Of a DNA stretch of 64,000 bases, positions 17,279 to 27,559 are shown in pieces. Source of the DNA: a virus; the IMG/VR virus record IMGVR_UViG_3300028549_003662, positions 82,099 to 146,098 of that record, one strand, 5' to 3'. The notes under the pieces were generated by a model that had not been told where the DNA came from, ran no database searches, and was given only the letters and a program-made list of their open reading frames with translations. The position numbers and the translations under genes were made by a program. Numbering within the stretch: the stretch's first letter is position 1; the number at the start of each line of letters is the position of its first letter.

Positions 17279-17857
17279 TTACAGCAACAGCTTGGAGTTG
17301 TCGATGAGAACTTCTTCCGTACCGGAAACGACGTCCAGCACCTGCGTGGTGACGTCGATGGCAGGGTAGGCGTCTTCGACCACAACATTGTACTGCACCG
17401 TCCCTGTGGTGCTCTCGGTGATTGTCAGCCTGTAATTTCCAGTGGCTCCGCTTTCCGTGATAACGGTACCCGCTGGAACATCCGCGCGCAGCGGCAGCGC
17501 CAGGTCGAGATGGCCGTCACCGTTGACATCGAGATCCAGAGCAAGGACGGCGTAAGCGGACCCTGCGAGGTTGATGATATCGCCGGTGCTGATCTCCTTG
17601 CCGGGGTCATGGATGCCGATGCGTTCCGCCTTTGCAAAGCCCTGCACGGAAACGCTGGGGGACTGCGTGTACCCGCCGATGACAGCAACCGTGAACTCGT
17701 CGATCTCGACGTTGGCGGTGATGTCCGTCGGGGGCTGCAGTTCACCGGCCGCGTTGAGGACGCAGCGCGTCACGCGAAAGTCGGTGAGGCCGTATTGGCG
17801 CGGCCGGGTGTTCAGGGATATCGGAAAGGGGATGCCCTTGCGCTTGCTCTCAGCCAT
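17279..17857 (-). CDS. Beta-rich putative virion protein
   Basis: AGGAG RBS; acidic, beta-rich composition; within the structural operon. Confidence 0.6.
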   Translation of the reverse strand: MAESKRKGIPFPISLNTRPRQYGLTDFRVTRCVLNAAGELQPPTDITANVEIDEFTVAVIGGYTQSPSVSVQGFAKAERIGIHDPGKEISTGDIINLAGSAYAVLALDLDVNGDGHLDLALPLRADVPAGTVITESGATGNYRLTITESTTGTVQYNVVVEDAYPAIDVTTQVLDVVSGTEEVLIDNSKLLL

Positions 17858-17867
17858 GTCAGGTCTC

Positions 17868-18215
17868 CTACAGATTGTGCAAGCCTTCGAGCACTATGGC
17901 AGTGCCCGCAACAGGCGTGCTGACTTCAGTCCCGAAGTAGAGGTGCAACGCGAATGGCCAGCGCCCCAAGGGAAGGACTTTGGTTTCAGCAGAGGACATT
18001 CTGAAGGCGACAATACCTTTAGCGAGATCGCTGTCAGGATCGTTGTTCGCTGCCACGACATCGAAGTCACTTTCATCAGTACGTAGCGTGAGTTCTATTT
18101 TGTCGAATGTACTGAGGTCGTACGGAACGCTGTCGAGATCGGCTCCGATCTCGAAGCACTGAAGGGTGTAGTCGCCTTTCACGATTGTGATTCGCGATTT
18201 CAAAGGGCGTGCCAC
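17868..18215 (-). CDS. BppU N-terminal-like Ig-fold baseplate protein
   Basis: ITIVKGD...PYDLS...KGIVAF....ET..L..G; GGAGG RBS before GTG 18215. Confidence 0.55.
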   Translation of the reverse strand: MARPLKSRITIVKGDYTLQCFEIGADLDSVPYDLSTFDKIELTLRTDESDFDVVAANNDPDSDLAKGIVAFRMSSAETKVLPLGRWPFALHLYFGTEVSTPVAGTAIVLEGLHNL

Positions 18216-18264
18216 GTTCCAACCTCCATGATTTAGGCTGTTATGGCGCACAACAAAAGCGAAG

Positions 18265-18789
18265 TCAACGGTGGTCTTTCACCCTTTTCGATACCTTATT
18301 GAATTCTCCGATGATCTTGATGGACTCTATGACGGGGAGGTTGCCCTGGCGCAGAGGTAGCATCACCGAAGCACCTTCGCGTTTTCCGGCAATGACTTGG
18401 ATGGTGCCATCAAGTGTTGTCGTGATTACGTACAAATTGTGGCCGAGCGCGAACATGTCACCCTGCTGCAGTACAGCGAGAGTTTTAGGATCGCGGAGCT
18501 CGTAACGGATGCTTTCAGGGTCGCTGTCGTAGTAGAAGAGCTTCGTCACCTTCGGGTACCCGACCACTACAGTCCCGCCCTCAGCGCCGACTAGCGCGAC
18601 GAGATAGCAGTCTTTGTTCGGTGCCGTGACATCGAAGGTGTAGAGACCATCCCTGATGTGCGGCATCACGCCGCTCGCGTACACGCCGCCATCCTGGTTG
18701 AAGATCGTAATGAGCGGCGTCAGGGTCTGATCTTGCTCATGCGCCTTGTAGGTGATGACGAAGGCTTCCTTTTTGTTGACGAACCGCAT
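18265..18789 (-). CDS. Hypothetical protein with two Ig-like repeats
   Basis: Repeated SGVMPHIRDGLY / QGDMFALGHNLY units. Confidence 0.6.
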   Translation of the reverse strand: MRFVNKKEAFVITYKAHEQDQTLTPLITIFNQDGGVYASGVMPHIRDGLYTFDVTAPNKDCYLVALVGAEGGTVVVGYPKVTKLFYYDSDPESIRYELRDPKTLAVLQQGDMFALGHNLYVITTTLDGTIQVIAGKREGASVMLPLRQGNLPVIESIKIIGEFNKVSKRVKDHR

Positions 18790-19100
18790 TACTTCGCGAC
18801 CTCCTGGCCGGTGAGCGTGAACACGACGGCGCCGTTCTGAGATTCCACGTGCACGCTTTCACCGGCGTCGAGATGTAGCGGCGTGAAGGTGAACGTATCG
18901 TTGCACGGGATCTTCAACTTGCTGTAAATCTCGGTGTCGGTGATATCGGTCTCACCCGCTTTGAGGATGTAGACGTAGATGTAGTCGACAGCGGTCTCTG
19001 ATTTGTTGCACGCCCAGCCCGTGAGGTAGCACTCCTTTCCTTGCTGGACCTGCGCGAGTACTCCGACGGTTGCGGCAACGGGTTTCAGTCTGTAGATCAT
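18789..19100 (-). CDS. Small beta-sandwich virion protein
   Basis: CNKSET...IPCNDTF...L.AGESV....VVFTLTG pattern; coupled to its neighbours. Confidence 0.6.
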   Translation of the reverse strand: MIYRLKPVAATVGVLAQVQQGKECYLTGWACNKSETAVDYIYVYILKAGETDITDTEIYSKLKIPCNDTFTFTPLHLDAGESVHVESQNGAVVFTLTGQEVAK

Positions 19101-21883
19101 GGCGTCCCCATCATGAGCGGGTTGATGTACGGTCGTGTGGTGACAACACCGTCACCGGCAACGAGGAGCCGCGGCCCCTCCCAGGTGAGGTCATCAGGGG
19201 TGTCAGCGAGGTCAGTGAACAACGCCGCCCCCAGGGCCTGTTGCGCAGCTTGGCCGGAAACAATGATGCGAAGAGTGCGCGTGCCGGCGGCGTTGTTGAC
19301 GAGCTTCCACGCCTTCGACTCCTCCACCCAGGTGAGGGAGAAGTCATCGGGGCTGAGCATCTTCCACGCCTGCAGGCGATCCCCGGCGTATACCGTGGCT
19401 GGGGTGTAGATGCGCGCCACCTCACCCTTGTAGGCGTCCGTGGGGGTGAGGCCAGAAGCTGCGCTCATCTGCGAGATAGCCCAGATGTTCATCGCCGTGC
19501 TGGCGATGCCGTCGAGCTTCCAGTCAGGAATGGCGGCGATCTGGTCTTCAGGGATGCCGAGATCCCAGAGGCTCTCTATGGGCTGCGCGGCGCTAACTGC
19601 TGTGAACGCTCCGGCGGTGAAGTCGTAGACGTACAGCACACCGGCGCTCTCGATGAGGAAGCGCGAGACGTTCGCGCACACCGCCTGCTTCTGCGTGACA
19701 GTGATGCTCTTCACTTGCGGCCACGTAAGGTTGCTGAACATCGCGGCGAGCTTGTAGGTGTAGAAGTGGCGTGCATCATAGGCGCTCTGCCGCGCTGTCG
19801 TCTCCAGGTTGCGCATGTTGTCGAAGGCGGTTGCACCGGGGTTGGCCACCCGCGCGGAGAACGCTGTGTCGACCATGAACGCTCCCGTCGTGGGGATCTG
19901 CGAGGAGCCGTTTCCGATGGCGCCAGGGATAGCGGCGTTGCGGTCGATGAAGCTCGTGTTGGAGGACTCCGCGTGGTAGACGTTCACGGCGCTGCCATTG
20001 CAGTATCCCGTGAGCTGCTTATTGTCGTGCACGCCTGCCACCCAGCGCCCCCAGATGGCGTAGATGGCCGCGAACACCCAGGAGCCTTCCGGGTAGTAGA
20101 TGTACTTCCACGTGCGGCCGCAGTTGAACCCGACGTAGTTCTTGGCCAGATACGCCGCGCAGTTCTGGTACCAGCCACCGGCCGCAGCGATGTACCCCTG
20201 CGAGCAGTACGGCGTGATGATTGCCGGGTACCCGCTCACCCACTTGAAGAGCCCCCCAACGGCACGGTTGGCGTACCTCAGATCGGAGTAGACGCCGCCC
20301 TGCGAGGCCTCGAAGACCCAGGAGTCGCTGATGCGCAGATGCGACGTGCCGCTCATATACAGCGCGGGGCCGACGAACCCAGGGACGATTGTCTTAGCAC
20401 CTCTGTTCACGAATGTGTAATGGCCCAGCTTGTCAGTGAGGCTGCCGTTCTCCAGCGTAAGCAGGGAGTGTAAGCTCGTGTACGCCGTATTGATGTTCTT
20501 GGCCGCAGCGATGAACTGCATCAGCGCGTTCGTCGGTGCGCCCAGGCTGGCTTCGAGCGCGCCATCCACAGACACCCAATCCGCAGGCGCGGTAACGGTG
20601 TACAACGCTTCCGCTGATGTCTCCAGGCGCTCGTATACCTGCAGCGTGGTCTGCTTTGGCGCGCGCACGGTGAGTTCACCACCGGCGGGGACGTCCTCAA
20701 ACACCAGCGCATCGCTGCTGCAGCAGATGTCGTCGCGCCCGCTCCCCACAACAACCAGGATGTTCTTCGTGGCTGCGGCGGTGCTGGTGAAGGTCCACTT
20801 CCCGTCCTGCGTGTTCAGCGTGATGTCGACGTAGTTGACCTGCGTGTACCCGCCGCCGCTCTGCCCCTGCAGGTGCAGGTAGCCGTCGAAGGAAGGTGTC
20901 GCCACACCGTTCACAGAAGTCAATGCGACGATGAGCCCGATGGTGTGCCCGACGAGCGCATCAAGCTGCGCGCTGGACAACGCGCTCAGTTCCGCAGGCG
21001 TGCTTCCGTTGGCGACGACATCGGCTGCTGTGTTGGCGGCCGCAGGCACGAACGTATTGGCGGTGACGTGATGCGGGACGCCGTCCACGATCAGCATGGC
21101 GCGCACAGCGGTGTTCGCGGGAATGTTGCATATGAGGTCGATGCCGGTGACGATGTTCCACCCCGCAAGGTCGAGCATGGCGTCCGCGCGCATCGTGCAC
21201 GTCACGCCCGCAGCAGGGGCCGCGAGTGCATACACATCGCTGCCGGCTTCCTCGACAACAATGATCCCGCCAGCGGGTTCCATCACCCACTGACCTGGCG
21301 CGATAGGGCTAGTATCGTTCCTGGGGATGATCTCGTACACGGTGACGACGTCGTTGTTCGCGGCGTCGTAGCTGACCGGCGTGTTCGGAGCCAACTCCAT
21401 GACCAGCATCCTGCAGGCCGACCTGCCGATTGATGGCGCCACGAACTCAAGCCCAGTCTCGGTCTTGTTCACCTGCAGGAAGCTGTAGGCGTTGTTCTCG
21501 TAGGAGTCCGGGGTGTCGAAGAGCCCGCCGAAGGTCTGGTAGGTGGTGAGGCGCTCCCACAGCCAGTTGATCTCGTCAACAGCAGTGAGCGACCCCAGGC
21601 CCTTGTAGGTGGCCTTAACCAGCGCGCCTTCCTGTGAGGTGTGGAAGAACACGCGGCCAGTGGTGTAGTTGACACGGAACTGGTAGCCTGTCGGGGCCGC
21701 GTAGACCTCTGTGTAGCCGGGGATGATGACGCTCTGCGTCGACGTCGAGGACTGCGGAACCTCGCGGAGCTTGATGTAGCCGTCGGCGACATGATGGGCT
21801 TCGCCGGATATTTGTGTGGGTGTGACCGCACCCAGGATATCCCTGCGCGCACCGACAACCGGGAAGGATGGTTTGTACAGCAT
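19097..21883 (-). CDS. Large fibre/adhesin-like virion protein with a LamG/concanavalin-like central region
   Basis: FRVNYTTGRVFF, two F..L.DTP repeats, GPALYMSG..., an aromatic-rich segment; GGGGG RBS. Confidence 0.7.
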   Translation of the reverse strand: MLYKPSFPVVGARRDILGAVTPTQISGEAHHVADGYIKLREVPQSSTSTQSVIIPGYTEVYAAPTGYQFRVNYTTGRVFFHTSQEGALVKATYKGLGSLTAVDEINWLWERLTTYQTFGGLFDTPDSYENNAYSFLQVNKTETGLEFVAPSIGRSACRMLVMELAPNTPVSYDAANNDVVTVYEIIPRNDTSPIAPGQWVMEPAGGIIVVEEAGSDVYALAAPAAGVTCTMRADAMLDLAGWNIVTGIDLICNIPANTAVRAMLIVDGVPHHVTANTFVPAAANTAADVVANGSTPAELSALSSAQLDALVGHTIGLIVALTSVNGVATPSFDGYLHLQGQSGGGYTQVNYVDITLNTQDGKWTFTSTAAATKNILVVVGSGRDDICCSSDALVFEDVPAGGELTVRAPKQTTLQVYERLETSAEALYTVTAPADWVSVDGALEASLGAPTNALMQFIAAAKNINTAYTSLHSLLTLENGSLTDKLGHYTFVNRGAKTIVPGFVGPALYMSGTSHLRISDSWVFEASQGGVYSDLRYANRAVGGLFKWVSGYPAIITPYCSQGYIAAAGGWYQNCAAYLAKNYVGFNCGRTWKYIYYPEGSWVFAAIYAIWGRWVAGVHDNKQLTGYCNGSAVNVYHAESSNTSFIDRNAAIPGAIGNGSSQIPTTGAFMVDTAFSARVANPGATAFDNMRNLETTARQSAYDARHFYTYKLAAMFSNLTWPQVKSITVTQKQAVCANVSRFLIESAGVLYVYDFTAGAFTAVSAAQPIESLWDLGIPEDQIAAIPDWKLDGIASTAMNIWAISQMSAASGLTPTDAYKGEVARIYTPATVYAGDRLQAWKMLSPDDFSLTWVEESKAWKLVNNAAGTRTLRIIVSGQAAQQALGAALFTDLADTPDDLTWEGPRLLVAGDGVVTTRPYINPLMMGTP

Positions 21884-21891
21884 GTATCCCC

Positions 21892-23442
21892 CTAGCCGTT
21901 GAGGTAGCGCAGTCTGAAGGTGCGGTAAGCGCTGAAGAAGCAACCAGAAAAGGAGTCCAGGATGTCGTCGAATGGCGAGCGCGGCCAGTCTTCGAGTTCG
22001 TCGTAGAACCCCTTGAAGCGTCTTCTATCCTCTGGCAGGCGGATAGTCCAGTTGTCAAGATAAGGTTCGAGCATCGCAATGCGCTCTTCCTTCGGGACGC
22101 TGTTCTGCACGCTGCGCGGAACCAGCGTTGTGATGCCGTGCGACTTCAGGTAGGCGCGCAGCGGGGTAATGTAGAATTCGTCGCCACGGTCTTCAATGGT
22201 GAGGCGGTGCACCTTGGCCAGCTTGTCCCACTTCTCCACGACCTTCCTGACCTGCTCGAACTGCTGGCTCTGCCGGTACTGCCCGTACACGCAGTCCACG
22301 AGGAAGAACTGCTTGTTGTCGAGCTTGGCGATGACAGTGATGGCGAAGCGGTCGCTGTCGCCGGTGCGGCGCGTAGCGGCCTTGGTGAGAGACTTTCCGC
22401 CGGTTGGGTCGACGTAGATGTAGATGAGGGGGTTGTAGCGCAGCAGTGTATCGTACTCGGCCTCGGTGTAGTAGCTGTACTGCGCGGGCTTGAAGTAGGC
22501 GTCCTCTTCCTCAACAATCTGGTTCTGCTTCTCCAGCAGGAACGAGCGGCGGCCTTCGAGGTAGTACTCCTTCATCAGGTCTTTGACCGAGTACACCTCT
22601 GGCCAGTTCGACACGCCCCCAATGGCCATCTCGGCTTCGTTGGCATCGTAGAACTCTTCTGCGGCCTCAACGTGCCCTGGCGACATGCGGTCCTTGAGGA
22701 TCTCGCCGTAGGTGTCCCAGAGATCCATGCGCTCCGGGAACACCTCAAGGGCCTTGAAGATCTTGCCATCCCAGGCCGCGAAGTCGTCGCTGTTCAAGAG
22801 CTTGTAGCAGAGCGCGGTCTTGCCCAACACGGTCCCGACGACGAAGATGTCAGTGAACTTGTGGCCGCACTTCAAGATGTCGCGTGTGAAGCGCTCTTCG
22901 ACGTCTGCGGAGATCGTCGGGCTGTTCACGCTCTCGATGGAGTCCGGGTCGTCAATGATGATGAGGTCAGGGCGCCTGTTCTTGTAGCGGATACCGCGGA
23001 TGCTCGACGTCATGCCCGCCACTGCGATGCAGACATCGTTCTTCGTCACGATCATGTCGCGCCGCCACAAGGAGCCCACACCGGCTGCTTCAGGGAAGAA
23101 GCGGTGCACGTCGTCGTTCTCCTCCAAGATGGTCTTGATGGTGAACAACCTGGCTTCGGCCTGGGCGGACGTATCGGAGATGATGAGGATGAACTTGTAG
23201 CGCTTCTGGATGGGAAGGTACTTGTTTCTGCAGACAATCCAGAGCGTGCCGCCCTCGGTGATCGTCGTGGACTTGCCCCAGCCGCGCGGGCCGCCAGCGA
23301 CTTTACGGCGGCCCGTCAACTGATTGCGCTCCACAACGCTCGTGAGGTAGTTGTGGAATTCGGAGAGCGGGTTGAAAAAGGACTCAGGCAGGATGGTGCG
23401 CGCGAACGCTTCGAATCTACTCGCGCAGGCCTCAGCCACCAT
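21892..23442 (-). CDS. terL: Terminase large subunit
   Basis: Walker A PRGWGKST, RGIRYKNRRPDLIIIDDP, nuclease motifs YVDP, DRFAI, DDILDS; start at 23442 or 23535. Confidence 0.95.
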   Translation of the reverse strand: MVAEACASRFEAFARTILPESFFNPLSEFHNYLTSVVERNQLTGRRKVAGGPRGWGKSTTITEGGTLWIVCRNKYLPIQKRYKFILIISDTSAQAEARLFTIKTILEENDDVHRFFPEAAGVGSLWRRDMIVTKNDVCIAVAGMTSSIRGIRYKNRRPDLIIIDDPDSIESVNSPTISADVEERFTRDILKCGHKFTDIFVVGTVLGKTALCYKLLNSDDFAAWDGKIFKALEVFPERMDLWDTYGEILKDRMSPGHVEAAEEFYDANEAEMAIGGVSNWPEVYSVKDLMKEYYLEGRRSFLLEKQNQIVEEEDAYFKPAQYSYYTEAEYDTLLRYNPLIYIYVDPTGGKSLTKAATRRTGDSDRFAITVIAKLDNKQFFLVDCVYGQYRQSQQFEQVRKVVEKWDKLAKVHRLTIEDRGDEFYITPLRAYLKSHGITTLVPRSVQNSVPKEERIAMLEPYLDNWTIRLPEDRRRFKGFYDELEDWPRSPFDDILDSFSGCFFSAYRTFRLRYLNG

Positions 23443-23884
23443 CTCTGGCGAGAGGTTGGACAGCAGAAGTTCCCTCTGGCGCTCCCAAGAATCCCTGTCC
23501 AGATAGCAAGTCGGCGAGAGTACGTCTTGATTCATTTGTGAGCACCAGTGTCTGATTGGTTGTGGTTGTGTTCGACACAGGCTGGCTCAGCTTGCCGCCC
23601 TGCAACTCGAAGTTCATACGAATGGCGTCAAGCTGCAACCGCATGAGGAGGATCTGGTTCTTCTGGAAGGACAGCGCGATCTGCGGCTTTTCCTTCAGAT
23701 TGAGATCGTGGCCGTTCTGCGCGTCCCGAATGCCTTTGTTGATGCAGACGATGAGCTTCTTGATTTCGTGGTCCAGCGGTACCGCTTTAGGGGCGCACAC
23801 CGCAGGAAGCGTTCCCGGCGCACCATCAGGTAGCGTGTCTGCATCAGTGAACGGAGAGAGTGTCGGATCGAAGTCGTCGTTCAT
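23432..23884 (-). CDS. Putative terminase small subunit
   Basis: Helical 150-aa protein directly upstream of and overlapping terL. Confidence 0.55.
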   Translation of the reverse strand: MNDDFDPTLSPFTDADTLPDGAPGTLPAVCAPKAVPLDHEIKKLIVCINKGIRDAQNGHDLNLKEKPQIALSFQKNQILLMRLQLDAIRMNFELQGGKLSQPVSNTTTTNQTLVLTNESRRTLADLLSGQGFLGAPEGTSAVQPLARDGG

Positions 23885-23889
23885 GCCTA

Positions 23890-24615
23890 CTACAGCCCCT
23901 CGTGCACGATCATAAGTTGCTCAGCCAGCGTGAAGTCGTAAATGGCGTCATCGCGAAATGCAACGCCGTACCGGATGACATACTTACTCATCTTCGTGGG
24001 AAGTTCAATAGGCACGTGCCCGGCCCAGAAGAAGTGCTCTCCAAGTTCGTTCACGAGGATCTGGAAGTCCACAAAGCCAGCGCGCTCGAATGCACGCTGC
24101 AGCACAAGTCCTGTTGCGGTGCCGTAGCTCATGGCGTCAATGAAGCCGGAGACGTACTTCGTGGACTTCTCCGCGAGCAGCTTGATGAACTCCTCGATGG
24201 TGATACCGCTCTCCAGGGCGTCGAAGCGGCTCATCGCCAAAAGGTCAACGACGATGTGCTCCACCGGAGCGCACTCGCGCAGGTAGGCGAAGGCGTCCCC
24301 AATGATGACGTTCTTCCCCCACACGTTGCGTCGACGCGGGCAGAAGCGCTCGCAAGCGTTCACGACCATCTCGTCGATCTCCACCATCTTCCAGTCCGTG
24401 ATGCCGTGGCGGACGAGAACCTCAACCGCTGTGAGGTCGCCACCGCCGAGGATGAGGGTGCTCCACCCGTGGTTGGGTCCGAGCATCATCTCGTAGTACT
24501 CGTTGTTCGGCAGCGCGGACTGCGGGTACCCGTCAAGGATGAGCTCCACGAGCGCGCCCTTGCGGTAGATCATGATGTGCTGAAACGGGGTGATGTCTGA
24601 GTAGATGACTTCCAC
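23890..24615 (-). CDS. speE: Spermidine synthase-like aminopropyltransferase
   Basis: TPFQHI, LILDG.PQS, YYEMM, LILGGGD, VEIDEMVV..C, IGDAFAYL, IVVD. Confidence 0.85.
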   Translation of the reverse strand: MEVIYSDITPFQHIMIYRKGALVELILDGYPQSALPNNEYYEMMLGPNHGWSTLILGGGDLTAVEVLVRHGITDWKMVEIDEMVVNACERFCPRRRNVWGKNVIIGDAFAYLRECAPVEHIVVDLLAMSRFDALESGITIEEFIKLLAEKSTKYVSGFIDAMSYGTATGLVLQRAFERAGFVDFQILVNELGEHFFWAGHVPIELPTKMSKYVIRYGVAFRDDAIYDFTLAEQLMIVHEGL

Positions 24616-24617
24616 AG

Positions 24618-25454
24618 CTAAAGCTCCTGATAGGTGGTGCCATACGCGCGGATGCTGTAGGGCGAGGTGTTCTGAATGCGGGTATCTGACCCCGCGTCGT
24701 AGAAGGCGTAGCGGATGTGGTCGGCGGCGATGTCAACCAGGGACACGTACTTCCCGGTGCCGGACATACCGGCCATGCTGATAGTCGCGACGGGCTTCTT
24801 GGTCAGCGGCACCGTGATGGGGATGCGGTAGGTGACGTCGCCGGGCTCGAACACCGGGGCGCCGAAGCCGTAGTGGTTCACGCCATCGTAGAGCAGCATG
24901 ACGGCAGCGTTGCCGAGCTCGTCGCGGTCTCCCTGGTGGACACCGGTGGGGTTCGTCAGCGCTGCAGCAGGGATGCCGCGCACGCAGTCGATGTTGTGGA
25001 AGACGTCGAGCAGCACGATGCCGTCCTGCGCCATCACGCCAATTATGTCGCGCGGATCTCCTGTTGCCGCATACCCGGCAAGTGTCGCGTACACGAACTG
25101 CCCCGGCGTGAGGGTGGCGTACAGCGTGCGCGACCACCCATAAACGGTCTGGGTGAGGAAGTCCGACGTGTTGGTGGCGACGTCGTGGCGCTGCGCGGCG
25201 AGCACAGCGGTGGGGTGCGCCATAACGATTGCAGGGACGAACCCGTCGTCGGAGGGCTGCAGGTGCATGCCTACGAGGCCAATCGTCGGTACGAAGTCCA
25301 ACGGCTGGTCGAACACTCCGCACACCACGTTCAGCGCCGCCATAGACAGGCTGTAGGCGGTGAAGTCGAAGAATGCGGACGCACCATCGTCGAAAGAGAA
25401 CTCATCACCGTCAGGTACGCTGATGAGCACACCGGCTGTGTAAGATGCGCTCAT
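24618..25454 (-). CDS. Putative tail-tip/fibre-associated protein
   Basis: ORF in the tail operon; GGAGGGG RBS. Confidence 0.6.
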   Translation of the reverse strand: MSASYTAGVLISVPDGDEFSFDDGASAFFDFTAYSLSMAALNVVCGVFDQPLDFVPTIGLVGMHLQPSDDGFVPAIVMAHPTAVLAAQRHDVATNTSDFLTQTVYGWSRTLYATLTPGQFVYATLAGYAATGDPRDIIGVMAQDGIVLLDVFHNIDCVRGIPAAALTNPTGVHQGDRDELGNAAVMLLYDGVNHYGFGAPVFEPGDVTYRIPITVPLTKKPVATISMAGMSGTGKYVSLVDIAADHIRYAFYDAGSDTRIQNTSPYSIRAYGTTYQEL

Positions 25455-25455
25455 G

Positions 25456-26409
25456 CTACCCCTCCGTAAGCACGCCAGCTATGGCGACGTGCACTTGCTT
25501 CACACCCTGGCCCTGCCACGACCCGGCGCCCAATGTGAGCGTCACGATCTGGCCTTGCACATCGCAGGCGATACGAATTCCGGTGCCCCCGTCTTCGGCG
25601 GCGTCCACAATGGAAGCGCTACCGCCCGCTGTAGCGTACCCGCGCTCCAGGTGCAGTGTCATCACCGCACCGGAAGTTCCCTGCACGACATAGCCGCCGG
25701 AGACTTCGAAGTTGACCGCGCTCTCACAGGAGCCCTGGCCGGTGTTCACACCCGGTGCCGCCACATTGTAGAGCTCAGGGTGGTCTTCGTCGTAGGTTCC
25801 GAGGTAGGTGAAGAAGAGGTGGCTCTCGCTGTACGCGGCCGGACCTGGCTGCACGTCGGCAACCATCGCTGTTGCGGCTATGGGGCCGTGCGCGCGCACA
25901 TCGTTCCGCGTGTATGCCGATGACGCCGCGAGGAGATGCTCCCCGAAGTAGCGCAGCAACACCCGCAGCATGCGGGTGCGGGCGACACCAACGACGACGC
26001 CAACCCAGCGGTCGTACGCGGCCGCGGTGCCGCTGGTGAGTTCCACCATGCCGTCCGTGGTGAGCACGGCGAGCTTCCCTACGTCGGCTGCCGTAACGGC
26101 GTGGTTGCACTCGATGACAGCGCCGCCATAGAGCTTCGTGAGCGTGTAGGCGTTCGCGCTGGTGTGCCCGACAGCGACACCAGCGATTCCGATGCCCTGG
26201 ACGTCCTGGCGCACGCGGTACTGCGTGCCGTCGCGCCCCCATGTGAGCACGCGATTTGGGCGCGCGCCCCCTATGGTGAGCAGCGCCGCCACAGCGGGAG
26301 ACAGCGCGTCGTTGACGAGGCGCATGTTGTCGTTCACCGTGGGGAGCCAGAATACGGAGTCGTCACCTATTGTGGTGAGCCGAGATGGCCATAGTATGCC
26401 GAAGCTCAT
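25456..26409 (-). CDS. Tail fibre-like protein (paralogue of 26406-27239)
   Basis: N-terminal L.TIG....W...VN.N.R.V...L motif; ATGA overlap. Confidence 0.65.
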   Translation of the reverse strand: MSFGILWPSRLTTIGDDSVFWLPTVNDNMRLVNDALSPAVAALLTIGGARPNRVLTWGRDGTQYRVRQDVQGIGIAGVAVGHTSANAYTLTKLYGGAVIECNHAVTAADVGKLAVLTTDGMVELTSGTAAAYDRWVGVVVGVARTRMLRVLLRYFGEHLLAASSAYTRNDVRAHGPIAATAMVADVQPGPAAYSESHLFFTYLGTYDEDHPELYNVAAPGVNTGQGSCESAVNFEVSGGYVVQGTSGAVMTLHLERGYATAGGSASIVDAAEDGGTGIRIACDVQGQIVTLTLGAGSWQGQGVKQVHVAIAGVLTEG

Positions 26410-27239
26410 GCCGCAGCTCCTTTGGCAACCATGTGGAGATCGCCGGAGACGCTGCTGAAGTTCATCGCCGCGCCGGTGGCGGCGTAGAGTTTCGCCGTGA
26501 CGAACGCCGGGGTGACGTACTTGTTCAGGATGCAGCGCTTGTTGTAGCCGTGCGCGAATTCCACATTGGGGAGCCCGTCGTAGGGATGGAAGAACGTGAA
26601 GCGCATTTTGTTGCCGGACACACTGATCGAGGAGACGTTGTTGGCGCTTTCGCGGGAGTACCCGATAACGCTCAGGCCCCCTACGGTGGCGACAGCCATG
26701 CTGAGCAGGTAGGGCTTCCGCGACACCGCTGTCGGCGCGCAGCAGATGACACCCTCGGCCGCAACTGCCGGGGCATCGGCCAGGGCGCCGTGCCAGCCCT
26801 TGGCGCGCACAGCCACCACACAACTTGTGCTTCCGACTTCCACGCACGTTCCGACGATGCGGCTGTGTGAGAAGTCACCAGTGATGGCACCGGCTGGAGT
26901 CAGCCCCTGCGCGTAGCCGTCATCGCGCGCGTACACGAAGTCCCCCACCATAGCGGGGTTGGTGAGCGTCACCGACACGTTGCCTGCGAGGACCACGAGC
27001 GCGTGCGCATCCACGACAGAAGCTACGACTCCGAGGAACTCCCCGGCGACACAGCCCGGAACCGCCTGCCCGCCGACATAGCTCACAACCATGCCTGCAG
27101 CTACGTCACTGCGCGCGGGCAACCGCACACCCTGGCCGACGAGGTTCTCGTCGATGTGCCGCAGGTTGCGGTTGACGAGCTGATGCCACAGCAGGTCAAG
27201 ATGGCCAATCGTGGCTAGCTTTGTGCGGTCCAGTATCAT
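26406..27239 (-). CDS. Tail fibre-like protein
   Basis: LATIGHLDLLWHQLVNRNLRHIDENL; GDFVY....G...RIVG beta domain. Confidence 0.65.
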   Translation of the reverse strand: MILDRTKLATIGHLDLLWHQLVNRNLRHIDENLVGQGVRLPARSDVAAGMVVSYVGGQAVPGCVAGEFLGVVASVVDAHALVVLAGNVSVTLTNPAMVGDFVYARDDGYAQGLTPAGAITGDFSHSRIVGTCVEVGSTSCVVAVRAKGWHGALADAPAVAAEGVICCAPTAVSRKPYLLSMAVATVGGLSVIGYSRESANNVSSISVSGNKMRFTFFHPYDGLPNVEFAHGYNKRCILNKYVTPAFVTAKLYAATGAAMNFSSVSGDLHMVAKGAAA

Positions 27240-27559
27240 CGTCCGAGCTCCTCGTCAGTGTACATCGGCGTGAGGTCGATGTCGATTGGGATGGCTTTGT
27301 AGAGTGTGTGCGCGGCGTTCAGCGCCGTGACGCGCAGCAAGTCTTCCGGCAGCGCGCTCTTGCGGAGCAGCTTGGCCCGCGCCGTGCCCTGCAGGGACAG
27401 CGAAAAGCCATTGGTCTCGGCTTGGTTCTTGAACACGACAACCGTGCTGTGCACGAGCCCCTTCTTGATGCGGCCGATGAGGCGCATCTGCCGCAGCGTG
27501 AGGAGATCCTGCACGCTAATCATGTGGAAGGCTTTGATGGAATGCTGGCCATTAGCCAT
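27236..27559 (-). CDS. Hypothetical basic protein
   Basis: GGAG RBS; overlaps both neighbours. Confidence 0.55.
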   Translation of the reverse strand: MANGQHSIKAFHMISVQDLLTLRQMRLIGRIKKGLVHSTVVVFKNQAETNGFSLSLQGTARAKLLRKSALPEDLLRVTALNAAHTLYKAIPIDIDLTPMYTDEELGR

